Below, piece after piece: positions 26,656 through 36,956 of a stretch of DNA of 49,933 nucleotides. The first letter of the stretch is position 1. Every line of letters starts with the position of its first letter. The notes under the pieces were generated by a model that made no database searches, was not told where the DNA came from, and worked only from the letters and a program-made list of their open reading frames with translations. Both the position numbers and the translations under genes were made by a program. The DNA is taken from assembly GCA_043779265.1 (NCBI GenBank), contig JAYWEM010000016.1, forward strand, positions 1-49,933, written 5' to 3'. Source of the stretch: a bacterium (GTDB lineage Bacteria; Eisenbacteria; RBG-16-71-46).

Positions 26656-27876
26656 ATGATCGTGTCCCCCACTCGCTTCGAACCCGCTCTCGGGCAACGT
26701 CATCCGTCTCGCTCGGCCGAGCGGTTGGCCGAGACACGCGCACTTCAGACGGCCTTCGCGCGCTTTCCCACTATCGAGGCCCTGCGCGCCTCGGCCGAGG
26801 GCCCACGGCTCGCCGAGCGAGCGGCGGCGCTGCTCGATGTCGTCCACTTGCACGCGCCCGCGACGCCCCCACCCGGGGCCGCCGAGGCCGCGACCCTTCG
26901 CGTCGTGCACTGGAACATCGAGCACGGCAACTGGTACGAGCAGGTCGAGACCGCGCTGCGCGAGCACGCCGTGCTCTCGACGGCCGACGTCGTGATGCTG
27001 AACGAGGTCGATCTGGGCTGTGCCCGCGCCGGCAACCGTGATGTGACGGCGGATCTCGCGGATGCGCTCGGCTTCCACGCCGCGTTCACGCCGATGTTCA
27101 TCGAGAGCACGCTCGGTCGCGACGATGACGAGGCTTGTGCAGCGGGCCTCGCCAATGAGGAGTCCCTGGTCGGCGTCTCGGTGCTGTCGCGCTGGCCGAT
27201 CGGCGACGTGCGATTGGTGCCGCTGCCCGGACCCGAGGCGATCCAGTTCGACCTCGAGCGCATGGTCGGTCGCTTCGTCGCGCTGGTCTGCGAGGTGCTG
27301 CATCCCGAAGCGCCGTTCCTCGCCGTCTCGGTCCACCTCGAGGTGCATCGCGCCCGTGTGCATCGTGAGCAGCAGATGGGCGCGCTGATGGCGGCACTCG
27401 AAGTCGAGCAGCGCCCGATCGTGCTGGCCGGCGACTTCAACTCGCACACGTTCGACCGCGGCCTGTGGAACTCGACCTGGTCCTCCGCCGTGCCACTGCT
27501 GACGTGGTCCGATCGCGCTCTGGGCGAGCGATTCACCCGGCCCGATCGGGGACCCCATCGTGAGGGCGTGTTCGATGCGCTCGCCTCGGCCGGCTTCTCG
27601 TGGTCGGAGTTCAGCGATCATGCACCGACGCTCGATGTGCGCTTCAATCGGCTCGATGAAGTGAAGCAACTGCCTGGGCCGCTGCAGCGCCTCACGCGAA
27701 GCGGCCTCGACTGGCTCGAGCGGCGTGCGAGGCTCCGGCTCGATTGGATCGCGGCACGATCATTCGTGGCCGCAGGCCCGGCACCCTCGGGCGCGACCGC
27801 GCTCGGCCTCGATGGCCCGGGACGCGCCAGCGATCACGCGCCCATCGCGGCATCGCTCGCGTGGCCCGCCCGCTGA
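26656..27876 (+). CDS. Endonuclease/exonuclease/phosphatase (EEP) family protein
   Basis: VVHWNIEHG, VMLNEVD, VHLE, LAGDFN, LDWI and SDHAPI motifs. Confidence 0.88.
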   Translation: MIVSPTRFEPALGQRHPSRSAERLAETRALQTAFARFPTIEALRASAEGPRLAERAAALLDVVHLHAPATPPPGAAEAATLRVVHWNIEHGNWYEQVETALREHAVLSTADVVMLNEVDLGCARAGNRDVTADLADALGFHAAFTPMFIESTLGRDDDEACAAGLANEESLVGVSVLSRWPIGDVRLVPLPGPEAIQFDLERMVGRFVALVCEVLHPEAPFLAVSVHLEVHRARVHREQQMGALMAALEVEQRPIVLAGDFNSHTFDRGLWNSTWSSAVPLLTWSDRALGERFTRPDRGPHREGVFDALASAGFSWSEFSDHAPTLDVRFNRLDEVKQLPGPLQRLTRSGLDWLERRARLRLDWIAARSFVAAGPAPSGATALGLDGPGRASDHAPIAASLAWPAR

Positions 27877-27913
27877 TCGAGAACCCGCCTCGCCGCTGGA
27901 GTATCCTGCCCGC

Positions 27914-28237
27914 GTGGAACCTCGAGAACCGATCGTCCGCCCGCGACCCGTAGCACCAGCCCCGTCTCGCACGCGCCGGCGCATCGCCTGGATCGTGGCG
28001 ATCGCCGCCGATGCGCTGCAGTGGATGCTGCTGCCGCTCTTCTGGGCGAGTGCCGCGACACCGTTCGACGAGGCCATCGACCTCGCGATCGGCTTCACTC
28101 TGTGGCGACTGCTCGGCTGGCACTGGGCGTTCCTTCCCGCGCTGATCGCCGAACTCATCCCGGGATTGGACCTCGTACCCACCTGGACGGCGGCGGTCTG
28201 GATCGCGACGCGAGGACGCGGCGCGAAGCCCGAGTGA
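27914..28237 (+). CDS. Small hypothetical membrane protein
   Basis: Hydrophobic 107-aa ORF (AWIVAIAADALQ...LLGWHWAFLPALIAELIPGLDLVPTWTAAV). TATCCT hexamer 6 nt before GTG 27914. Confidence 0.7.
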   Translation: MEPREPIVRPRPVAPAPSRTRRRIAWIVAIAADALQWMLLPLFWASAATPFDEAIDLAIGFTLWRLLGWHWAFLPALIAELIPGLDLVPTWTAAVWIATRGRGAKPE

Positions 28238-28327
28238 GCGTCGGCCGCCTCGTTGCGGTGCGCCTTCGGCATCCCTACTCTCCCTCGCCCGACCTCACAC
28301 CGCCTCCCTCATCCTCAGGAGCACGCC

Positions 28328-29563
28328 ATGTCCGCCCCGCCCGTCGCCCGTGACACGCTCGCGATCATCGGTGCGGGTCCGGTCGGACTCGAAGCCGCGG
28401 CGCATGCGCTCGAATTGGGTTTCGACGTCCACGTCTTCGAGCGGGGCGAAGTGGCAGCCCATGTGATCGCCTGGGGCCACGTCGACATGTTCACGCCCTG
28501 GCGCATGAACGTCGGGCCGGCGAGCCAGCGCCTGCTGACGAAGCATGGGTGGACAGCGCCCGAAGCCGACGCCCACCCGAGCGGCACCGAGTTCGCCGAG
28601 CAGGCGCTCGTTCCGCTCGCCGAGACACCCGAGCTGAAGCCGCGCGTGCACTCGCACGCCCAGGTGGTGCAGGTCTCGAGGCGAGGTGCGCTGCGTTCGG
28701 ACGCAGCCGATTCGCCGCCACGCGCCAACCACCCTTTCCGCCTGCTCGTCCGCGACGTCGGCGGCCGAGAGAACTTCCTGCACGCCCACACGCTGCTCGA
28801 TGCATCGGGCGTGATGGGCGCGCCGAATGCGCTCGGCACCGGGGGCATCCCCGCGAGGCAGGAACTCTATCTCGCACCCCAGATGAGCTATCAGTGCGAT
28901 GACGTGCTCGGGGCGAGGCGCGCGCGGTATGCGGGCAAGCGGACGTTGGTCGTGGGAGGCGGTGCCGGAGCGGTCACCGCCGTGCTCGCGCTGGCGAAGC
29001 TCGCGCGCGAAGCGGCGGGCACCAGTGTCGCCTGGGCGATGCGGCGCGCCGACGGCCACTTCCGTGGTGAGCGGCCGGGCGATCCGCTCGCAGCGCGCGC
29101 CGCGATGTTCGCCGAGGCCCGAGCGCTGCTGGCCCAGACCGACTCGCCGGTCACGCTGTTCACCGGCTGCGAGACCGAGGCGCTGGAGTACAACTCGGCG
29201 ACGCATCGCTATCGCGTCCAGATGTCGCATGCCGAGGGAACCCGCGCGGAGGAGGTCGACCACGTGCTCGTTCAGTGCGGCTACGGTCAGGATCGCGCGC
29301 TCATCCGGGAACTCCATCGTGAGGAGTGTCCTCGCTCGGGCGGACCTCTTGCGCTGTCGCGGGCACTTGAAGCGGCAGGAGCCGAAGCCGATCAGTTGGC
29401 CGTCACGGCCGAGTCGCTCGCTCACCCCGAGCCCGGCTACTTCGAGATCGGCGCCAAGGCCCATGGCAGGCGAGGCGAGTTCCTGCTCACCCAGGGTCAC
29501 GCCCAGGTCGCTGCCGTGATGCTGGAACTTGTCGCGTTTCGCGACACGGCCGCATCGCGCTGA
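28328..29563 (+). CDS. FAD/NAD(P)-dependent oxidoreductase (flavoprotein monooxygenase-like)
   Basis: AGGAG RBS; IIGAGPVGLEAA FAD motif, WGHVDMFTPW, DASG, second Rossmann motif VVGGG, C-terminal HPEPGYFEIGAK. Confidence 0.82.
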   Translation: MSAPPVARDTLAIIGAGPVGLEAAAHALELGFDVHVFERGEVAAHVIAWGHVDMFTPWRMNVGPASQRLLTKHGWTAPEADAHPSGTEFAEQALVPLAETPELKPRVHSHAQVVQVSRRGALRSDAADSPPRANHPFRLLVRDVGGRENFLHAHTLLDASGVMGAPNALGTGGIPARQELYLAPQMSYQCDDVLGARRARYAGKRTLVVGGGAGAVTAVLALAKLAREAAGTSVAWAMRRADGHFRGERPGDPLAARAAMFAEARALLAQTDSPVTLFTGCETEALEYNSATHRYRVQMSHAEGTRAEEVDHVLVQCGYGQDRALIRELHREECPRSGGPLALSRALEAAGAEADQLAVTAESLAHPEPGYFEIGAKAHGRRGEFLLTQGHAQVAAVMLELVAFRDTAASR

Positions 29564-29746
29564 GCGCGTGCGCCCCGTTCGCCTCGCGCGTTATCCGATC
29601 CAGGGTTGCGGCAGCAGCGCTCGTGTGATTGGTTGTCGATGCGATGCGCTGTCGCGCACGACCCCCTCGGACTCGACGGATGCCACATCGCGCGTCCCAC
29701 TCGACGCGCGAACGGCTATTGCCTGAGTTGCTGCGGAGGGGTGCAG

Positions 29747-30589
29747 ATGGGGGAGCCACTCGCCGGAGATCGTGACGCGACCGATTCCGCGACTGAGAAC
29801 GCTTCGAGCATCGCCAGCCAGCCCACGGGCAGCTCCGCGCCGGTCTCCGAGGAGGCGGCTGTCGCGCAACTGCTCGCCGAGAACAAACGACTTCGTGCCG
29901 AACTCGACCGACTGGGTCCGCTCGCCGAGGTCGGACTGCTCTCGGCTGGAGCCGCGCACGATCTCAACAACCTGCTCCAGCTGATCTCGGGCAGCGCCGC
30001 GCAGCTGAGCCCCGAGGCCGAGCCGGAACGCGACTCGCTCCGCCGACTCAATCAGGCGACCGACTCCGCGTGCGATCTCGCCCTGCAACTGGCTCGCTGG
30101 GGCAGCATCCACCGGAGCACGGCGCTGACCTGCGATCTCGCCGAAGCCGTCGAGCAGGTGGTCGATCTCGCCTCGCCCTCGGCGCCGGAAGGCGTCGGCG
30201 TTCGAATCGAGAACGCCATCGGCCTGCCGCTCGCCTGCATCGATCCGCACGCCGCGCACCGGATCATGCTGAACCTTCTTCTCAACGCCTGGCATGCGCT
30301 GCGTGGCGCCGGCGGCGAAGTGGTGCTCCGCACCGGCAGCGCCGCGCGCGAGCGAGTCTGGGTCGAGGTCGAGGACACCGGCGAGGGCATGGACGAGCAG
30401 ACCCGCGATCGACTGTTCGAGCCTTTCTTCACGACCGATGCCAGCGGGAGCGGCCTTGGCTTGGCGATCATCCGGGCGCTGGTCGATGCCGCCGGCGGCT
30501 CCATCGAAGTGTGGAGCGCGACCGGCGAGGGCTCGCGGTTCCGCGTGACACTGCCCGCACGAGCGTTCAGCGAGTCCGCACGAGCGTGA
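29747..30589 (+). CDS. Cytoplasmic histidine kinase without a sensor domain
   Basis: H box AHDLNNLL, N box LNLLLNAWHA, G1 EDTGEGM, F box FEPFFTT, G2 GSGLGLA. N-terminus is only a low-complexity stretch and a short coiled-coil. Confidence 0.88.
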   Translation: MGEPLAGDRDATDSATENASSIASQPTGSSAPVSEEAAVAQLLAENKRLRAELDRLGPLAEVGLLSAGAAHDLNNLLQLISGSAAQLSPEAEPERDSLRRLNQATDSACDLALQLARWGSIHRSTALTCDLAEAVEQVVDLASPSAPEGVGVRIENAIGLPLACIDPHAAHRIMLNLLLNAWHALRGAGGEVVLRTGSAARERVWVEVEDTGEGMDEQTRDRLFEPFFTTDASGSGLGLAIIRALVDAAGGSIEVWSATGEGSRFRVTLPARAFSESARA

Positions 30590-32285
30590 GTCGCCCCTCT
30601 CGCCCGGCCGCGATCAGCCGCGCGAGATAGATGCCGGGCGGAAGCTCGAGGCCCCGGTCGTCGAGTCCGTCCCACAGCACGCGCTGCGGACCAGCCGGTG
30701 CGGTCGGCCGCGACAGATCGCGCACGATGCGCCCCGCGGCATCGTGCAGCGTCAACATCACGGGCCCGGTCTCCGCGAGCGTGAACTCGATCGATGCGTC
30801 GAGGCGCGAGGGATTCGGAGAGGACGCGAGCGCGATCCGCGGCCCCGAGAGCAACGGCACATCGAGCGTCACCTCGAGCGGGATCTGCTGCGCGTGAATG
30901 TCGGTGCCCCCACTGCGCTGGTCGGTCCACACGACGATCGCCACCGAGTCCAGTTCGCCCACGATGAAGGGACCCAGCTGACTGGAGGGAGCGCTGCTGA
31001 CGATGCGGCCATTCGCACCCCACTTGGGCAGGCCGAGCGAATCCATGCGCTGGGCGTGGATGTCCCAGGCGCCGGTACGCAGATCCTCCCACGCGATCAG
31101 CGCTCCGCCTCGGCCATCGGAGACGAGCGTCGGGAACTGCTGCACGCCGCTCGCACCGCACACGAGCGCACCTCCCGCCGGCCAGTGGAGAGCGCCATAG
31201 GGCGCGACGCGCTGGGCACGGATGTCCTGCGACCCGACGAGCGTCTCGTGCCACGTCACGATCGCCCCGGTCGCGCGATCGCGAACCAGCGTGGGCCGTT
31301 TGCCGGCGCGCGAGGCCTGCGACAACGCGAGGCCACTCATGCTGGAGAACCGCGTCGCTCCGAGGATGTCGAGGTCGAGCAGCCGGATCGTGCTGCTGCC
31401 TCCCGCGTCGTCCTCCCATGCGAGGTACACGCGGTAGAGTTCGCCCTCGATGATCGCCGGCTCGATCTGCTCGCCGGGGCCACCGGCGATGAGCCTGCCC
31501 GTCGCCCCCCAGAGAAGCTGACCGACATCATCGACGCGTTGCGCCACGATGTCGTGCCCGTTCGCTCCCTGCTGCGTCCACGCGACGATCGCGCCACCCA
31601 CGCCGTCGGACGCCGCCACGGGCTCGAAGCGAGGAGGCGCGGCCGACGACAGCGCCACCCCGCTCGTGTCCCACAAGCGAACGCCGGTCGCGGAGAGCCG
31701 CTGCGCGTAGGTGCCCGAAGTGAGGCGGCGGTCCTCCCACACGACGATCACGGTGGAGAAGTCCGATCGCGCGAGCCGAGGCGCGAGTTGGTCGCCCGGC
31801 ATGCGGCAGACGGCCACGCCATCGGCCGCCCATTGCGGCGTTCCGTTCGCATCGATGCGCTGCGCGTGGATATCCGACTCCCAGCGCTTGCGATCGTCGC
31901 GCCAGGCGACGAACGCACCACCCGCACCATCGGCGAGCATCGTCACGTCGCCCTGCTGCCACGGTGCGCCACAGATGCGAACGCCCTGAGGCGTCCACAG
32001 CGCGACGCCGGCCGCACTCACGCGCTGCGCGTAGACGTCCGCGGTGTCGGATCGCTCGTCGGACCACGCGATGATCATCCCGCCCTGACCGTCGGGAATC
32101 GCGCTCCGGAAGTACTGCGCCCCGCTCGCGGTGCACACTGGGAGATTGACCGCCGGGCTCGAGGGCCACGCCGCATGTGCGGGCCCGGCGAGAGCGGCCA
32201 ACAGGAACGACGAAGCCGCCCGGCGGAGGACGCGACGGACGAGCGCTCGGATGGCGTGCGGGATGTGGGTGCTCGCGGGGGACAT
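30567..32285 (-). CDS. Secreted 8-repeat beta-propeller-like protein with C-terminal FlgD-Ig domain (paralogue of 19493-21484)
   Basis: Signal-peptide-like LLAALAGPAHA; eight repeats of DGxGGxIxxWxDxR...DIxAQR; CTD 'PNPSR...HDAAGRIVRDL...WDGLDDRG...PGIYLARL'. Start approximate. Confidence 0.8.
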   Translation of the reverse strand: MSPASTHIPHAIRALVRRVLRRAASSFLLAALAGPAHAAWPSSPAVNLPVCTASGAQYFRSAIPDGQGGMIIAWSDERSDTADVYAQRVSAAGVALWTPQGVRICGAPWQQGDVTMLADGAGGAFVAWRDDRKRWESDIHAQRIDANGTPQWAADGVAVCRMPGDQLAPRLARSDFSTVIVVWEDRRLTSGTYAQRLSATGVRLWDTSGVALSSAAPPRFEPVAASDGVGGAIVAWTQQGANGHDIVAQRVDDVGQLLWGATGRLIAGGPGEQIEPAIIEGELYRVYLAWEDDAGGSSTIRLLDLDILGATRFSSMSGLALSQASRAGKRPTLVRDRATGAIVTWHETLVGSQDIRAQRVAPYGALHWPAGGALVCGASGVQQFPTLVSDGRGGALIAWEDLRTGAWDIHAQRMDSLGLPKWGANGRIVSSAPSSQLGPFIVGELDSVAIVVWTDQRSGGTDIHAQQIPLEVTLDVPLLSGPRIALASSPNPSRLDASIEFTLAETGPVMLTLHDAAGRIVRDLSRPTAPAGPQRVLWDGLDDRGLELPPGIYLARLIAAGREGRLTLVRTR

Positions 32286-32467
32286 CGCTCTCGGGGGGGA
32301 GGTAGGGGGCTCGAACGGAAGATGGTGCGCGGGGCCGCGCGCCACTGTCAATGGGAGACGTACGGACTCGCCCCGTGGGACCGGGTTCGGGGCCAATGCC
32401 CCGACGCCGAGCCGCCGGCGCCGGCCACACAGATGCCGGATGACGGGCCCGGCCTTAGCATGGGGGG

Positions 32468-33940
32468 ATGCCACTGACCGAGCCGCAGGTGTCGGAGTTG
32501 AGAGCGCTGCTGGGCGAGTCGGGCGTGCTCGTGAGCGAACCCGCGCTGTTCACCTACGAGTCGGATGCGCTTTCGCTCGAGAAGCACCTGCCCGATGTGG
32601 TCGTGTTCCCGCGCAGTACCGACGAGGTGTGCGCCGTCGTCCGCTGGGCGCGCACGCATCGCCTCCCGGTCACGCCGCGAGGTGCCGGTACGGGTCTCGC
32701 AGGTGGCGCCACCTGCGAGCAGGGCGGCGTGTCGCTCAGCCTCAATCGCATGGATCAGGTGCTGAGTGTCGACGCCGAGTGCCACTTCGCCTGGGTGCAG
32801 CCCGGCGTGGTCAATCTGGCGCTCTCCAAGCATACGCATCCGCTCGGGTTGCACTTCGCGCCCGACCCCGCGTCGCAGCAGGTCAGCACCTTGGGCGGCA
32901 ACGCCGCGACCAACGCCGGCGGCCCTCATTGCCTCAAGCACGGCGTGATGGTGAACCACGTGCTCGCGCTGCGCGTCGTGCTGGAGAACGGAGTCGCCGT
33001 CACGTTGGGCGGTGAGGGACTCGACGAACCGGCCAGCGACCTGCTCAGTGCGATCGTGGGCAGCGAGGGGACGACGGCGATCGTCACCGAGCTGTGCGTG
33101 CGGCTGATGCCCGATGCCGAGGCGGTCGAGACGCTGCTGCTCGATTTTGCGAGCGTCGCCGACGCGTGCGACACCGTGTCGCGTGTGATCGCGGTCGGCA
33201 TCGTCCCGGCGGCGATGGAGATCATGGACCGCCACACGGTGGGCATGGTCGAGGCCTGGCTCGGGCTGGGGCTGCCGACGGATGCGGCCGCCGTTCTGCT
33301 GCTCGAGGTGGATGGTCCCGCGATCGCGCTGCCGTCACAGGTCGAGCGCATCCGAGCGATCGCCGCCGCCCACCGCGTCGGCGGCATCCGAGTGGCGCGC
33401 GACGCGGCGGAGCGGCTCGCACTGTGGAAGGGGCGCAAGTCGGCGTTCGGCGCGTACGGACGCGCCCGCAAGGGCTTCTACATCATGGATGGCGTCGTGC
33501 CCCGAACGCGGCTCGCCGAGGCACTCGACCGGCTCTATGCCATGGCCGCGGCGCACGGCCTCGAAGCCGGCAACGTGTTCCACGCCGGGGACGGCAACCT
33601 GCATCCGCATGTGATGTTCGATCCCGCGAACGAACGCGAGCAGCATGCGGCGCTCGAGGTCTCGCACGACATCCTCCGCATGTGCATCGAGATGGGCGGC
33701 ACGATCTCGGGCGAGCACGGCGTCGGGATCGAGAAGCGCCCGATGATGTCGGAGCTGTTCGCTCCCGATGACCTCGCGATCATGGAGCGCGTCCGCGCCG
33801 CGTTCGATCCCGAACGCAGGCTGAACCCGGGCAAGATCCTGCCCGGTGGTGGCGGCTGCGGCGAAGTGCGCACACGCGCCTCGTTCGAGCGAATCGCCGC
33901 GATGGCCTTGAAGCCGGATGCCGAGGGCCCATGGATCTGA
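32468..33940 (+). CDS. glcD: Glycolate oxidase subunit GlcD-like FAD-linked oxidase
   Basis: PRGAGTGLAGG, PDPASQQVSTLGGNAATNAGGPHCLKHG, GSEGT, DGVVPR, FHAGDGNLHP, ISGEHGVGIEK and LNPGKI motifs. Confidence 0.9.
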   Translation: MPLTEPQVSELRALLGESGVLVSEPALFTYESDALSLEKHLPDVVVFPRSTDEVCAVVRWARTHRLPVTPRGAGTGLAGGATCEQGGVSLSLNRMDQVLSVDAECHFAWVQPGVVNLALSKHTHPLGLHFAPDPASQQVSTLGGNAATNAGGPHCLKHGVMVNHVLALRVVLENGVAVTLGGEGLDEPASDLLSAIVGSEGTTAIVTELCVRLMPDAEAVETLLLDFASVADACDTVSRVIAVGIVPAAMEIMDRHTVGMVEAWLGLGLPTDAAAVLLLEVDGPAIALPSQVERIRAIAAAHRVGGIRVARDAAERLALWKGRKSAFGAYGRARKGFYIMDGVVPRTRLAEALDRLYAMAAAHGLEAGNVFHAGDGNLHPHVMFDPANEREQHAALEVSHDILRMCIEMGGTISGEHGVGIEKRPMMSELFAPDDLAIMERVRAAFDPERRLNPGKILPGGGGCGEVRTRASFERIAAMALKPDAEGPWI

Positions 33941-35166
33941 GTGCCGTGATCCCCTCGCTCGGTGCTGCGCGCGCCACCGACCCCGACGGCTACCGGATGA
34001 ACGGCCAGGCGCCGCGTGCAGCGGTGCGGCCCGAGGATGAACAGCAGGTCGCCGAGGTGCTGCGCATCGCGGGTCGTGAGGGACTCGCGATCGTGCCGTG
34101 GGGCGGAGGTGTGACGCTGTCGAGGCAGAACGCGCCCGAGCGCTACGACATCGCGCTCGACCTGCGATCGATCGCGCGGATCACCCGTTTCGAGCGCGAT
34201 GACTTCACGCTCACGGCCCAAGCGGGCGCGACGATCGCCGATCTGCGCGCCGCGGTCGAGGCCGAGGGCCTCGAACTGCCGCTCGAGGCGGCGGAGTCCT
34301 GGGGCGCCACGCTGGGCGGGGTGCTCGCCTCGAACAGCAGTGGGCCGAGGCGGCGGCGCTTCGGATCACCGCGCGATCGCATCCTCGGGGCACGCTTCGT
34401 CACGGGCGATGGCGTCGTGGCGCGCACCGGCGGCCAGGTGGTCAAGAACGTCGCGGGACTGGCGGTGCATCGCCTGCTCTGCGGCTCGCACGGCGGCCTC
34501 TCGGTGCTGATCGAGTCGAGCCTCAAGTTGAGGCCGCTGGCGACCGGCCGACTCGCACTCGTGCACGCGATGTCAGCCGCCGAGGTCGGCGCACGCGAGC
34601 GCTGGAACGGCTTCGCGCGCCGCGAGCCCTCCGCCCTCACCGTGCTCGGCCGGGCGATCGCGGCATCGAACCCCGCGCTCGCCAGCGACCACGACTTCTG
34701 CGTCGTGACCGTGTTCGAGGACGATCCCGCTTGGATCGCCTCGCAGGAATCATTCGTGCGCGAACGCCTCGGCGCGCCGCGATTCAAGGTGCAGGACGTA
34801 TCCGTGGCATCACTGCTCCAGCAGGTCACCGACCCCGAGGAACTGCCGGGGCTGCGACTGACGTTCACGACCGCTGCGAACACGCCCGATGCGCTCTCGA
34901 GCCTGAGCGGCGAGCGCGCTGCGGAGCGATCCGTGTTCCATGCGCCCGCCGGCCGATTGCATGTGTGGCCCGAGCCGAGCGAAGCCGCCTCGCTCGTGAC
35001 GCGGCTCGAGTCCCGAGGATTCACGTTGCTCGAGGCACGCGGCCTCGAACATCCCCCCGACTCGCCGGTCTCGGCGGGCATTCAACCACTTCGTGCGCGC
35101 CTGCGTGCCGCACTCGATCCGGCGAGGACGTTGGCGCTGGGTGACGTTTGGGAGACCCGCGCATGA
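33931..35166 (+). CDS. glcE: Glycolate oxidase subunit GlcE-like FAD-binding protein
   Basis: ATLGGVLASNSSGPRR, RDRILG, GGQVVKNVAG, LLCGSHG and terminal ALDP motifs. Overlaps the end of glcD. Confidence 0.85.
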   Translation: MDLSAVIPSLGAARATDPDGYRMNGQAPRAAVRPEDEQQVAEVLRIAGREGLAIVPWGGGVTLSRQNAPERYDIALDLRSIARITRFERDDFTLTAQAGATIADLRAAVEAEGLELPLEAAESWGATLGGVLASNSSGPRRRRFGSPRDRILGARFVTGDGVVARTGGQVVKNVAGLAVHRLLCGSHGGLSVLIESSLKLRPLATGRLALVHAMSAAEVGARERWNGFARREPSALTVLGRAIAASNPALASDHDFCVVTVFEDDPAWIASQESFVRERLGAPRFKVQDVSVASLLQQVTDPEELPGLRLTFTTAANTPDALSSLSGERAAERSVFHAPAGRLHVWPEPSEAASLVTRLESRGFTLLEARGLEHPPDSPVSAGIQPLRARLRAALDPARTLALGDVWETRA

Positions 35167-36956
35167 CCGCTTCGCGATCGCGACGACCCGCCGCCACGTC
35201 ACCGCCAGCGACGCAACCCAAGCCCGCCGCCTGGCAACCGCCGGTCGCCCTCCTGTGGGCAGCGCCGATCCTCGCACTGCTCTTGGTGCACGGCGGGGCG
35301 GTCAGGGGTTTCTTCGCCGCCGACGACATCGACTTCCTGATGCGTGCCCGTGGCCTCGATCCGACGCCTTGGCCTCTCGCCCGCCTCATCCCCGGCGCGT
35401 GGCGATGGCAGGGCATGACCGCCGCGTTCGGCGCGACGCCTCTGCCCCATCTCGCGCTGGCATTGGCCCTGCATGGCCTGACAGCCCTGCTCGCCACGCG
35501 GATCGCGGTGCTCGCGGGCCTCGGGCGCGTCGCCGCTCTGATCGCCGGGACGCTGGTCGCCGCCACGTCGATCGCCTACTCCTCGACGCACTGGGCCTCG
35601 GGGCTCGGCGAAGTGCTCGCCGCCTCGCTGACGCTGCTGGCGCTCGCGCTCCACTTCGAGTGCCGTCATCGCCAGCGGCCCGTGCTCGCCGTGCTGGCAG
35701 GCATCTCGATCGCGGCGGCCGTGCTCAGCAAGGAGTCGGCGATCCTCGCGCCACTCGCGATCCTGCTGTTCGACCGCCTCACGCGCGTGCGCAGTGAGGG
35801 CCGCGGCGCGATGCGCGAGGTACTGGCAGGCGGCGGCCTCGCTGCCGCGATCGCGGTCGCGCTCTATCTCCGGAGTCCCCACGTCGGCGGCGAGGCCTAC
35901 GCCCTCGCGTGGACGCCAGCGGTGTGGCTGGCCAATCTCGGCAACTACGCCGCCTGGCTCGTGATGCTGGGCGATCCCATCCGCGATCGCGTTGCCCAGA
36001 GCGACATGATCCTGCTCGCGCCCGGGGTCCTGGTGCTGGCCCTGTGGGGAGCTGCCGCCGCGTTCGAACGCCGGGAGCACACGCGGACGGTCACCGCGGG
36101 GCTCGCGTGGTTCGTCCTGCTGCTCGCGCCCGTCCTGCTGCTGGCGAACCACACGTATCTCTACTACCTCGTGCTGCCCTGGGTGGGAGTGGCGTTCGCG
36201 GTCTCGGTGCTGCTGTCGCGGCTCGTCGCGCGCTTCCCGGCGGCGACCGCACTCGCCACCATCGCGGTGCTCCTCGGCGGCTTCACCGTGAACGAGGCGC
36301 TCCAGATCCGCACGCGCCAGAGCTTGGACATCAGCGGCCTCAAAGTGGATCGGATCGCGCGCGAGAGCGAGATCCTGCGCAATGCCGTCACGAGTCTGCG
36401 TGGCGTCGGCCTGGCCACTGGGGACTCGGTTGCTTTCGTGAACCCCTATCCCCTGCTCTCGATGGACGCGAGTCGCGGCGAAGTGCACGGCGAAGGAGCG
36501 ACGCTCAGCGAGTACGCCTACATCCCGTTCGTCCTCGCGACGAGGGAGGGCCGCGCGCTCAAGCTGTTCGTCGAGGAACCGGTGATCGTCGGGATCAGCG
36601 ACGGCGTGCGCCGCGAGTGGGAGGGCGTGCGCATCCTGCGCTACGACAACGACGGCACGCTCACTGATGTCGGCAGCGGCTCCGATGCGCTGTTCGCCCT
36701 TTCCGAGGACTACCTGAAAGGCGAGCGCTGGCAGTACGCGCAACTGGCGCTCGAGCGCGTGCTCGAACTCGGGCGCGACGATGCCGAGGTGCGCTGGCGA
36801 CTCGGTCGCGCCGCCGGCTATCAGGGCAATGAGGCCGGGGCGCTCGAGCAGGCACGCGTGCTCCTCGAGCGTTGGCCCGATTCACCACGTGCCGTCTCGC
36901 TTCGCGAGAACGCGGCACGGGCCGGCATCTCGCCGACAGGCCAGCCCACTCGCTGA
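35163..36956 (+). CDS. GT-C fold (PMT_2/TMTC-like) membrane glycosyltransferase with C-terminal TPR-like helices
   Basis: FFAADD acidic pair after the first TM, LSKESA motif, YLYYLVLP late loop, about 11-13 TM helices, TPR-like tail. ATGA overlap with glcE. Confidence 0.6.
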   Translation: MTASRSRRPAATSPPATQPKPAAWQPPVALLWAAPILALLLVHGGAVRGFFAADDIDFLMRARGLDPTPWPLARLIPGAWRWQGMTAAFGATPLPHLALALALHGLTALLATRIAVLAGLGRVAALIAGTLVAATSIAYSSTHWASGLGEVLAASLTLLALALHFECRHRQRPVLAVLAGISIAAAVLSKESAILAPLAILLFDRLTRVRSEGRGAMREVLAGGGLAAAIAVALYLRSPHVGGEAYALAWTPAVWLANLGNYAAWLVMLGDPIRDRVAQSDMILLAPGVLVLALWGAAAAFERREHTRTVTAGLAWFVLLLAPVLLLANHTYLYYLVLPWVGVAFAVSVLLSRLVARFPAATALATIAVLLGGFTVNEALQIRTRQSLDISGLKVDRIARESEILRNAVTSLRGVGLATGDSVAFVNPYPLLSMDASRGEVHGEGATLSEYAYIPFVLATREGRALKLFVEEPVIVGISDGVRREWEGVRILRYDNDGTLTDVGSGSDALFALSEDYLKGERWQYAQLALERVLELGRDDAEVRWRLGRAAGYQGNEAGALEQARVLLERWPDSPRAVSLRENAARAGISPTGQPTR

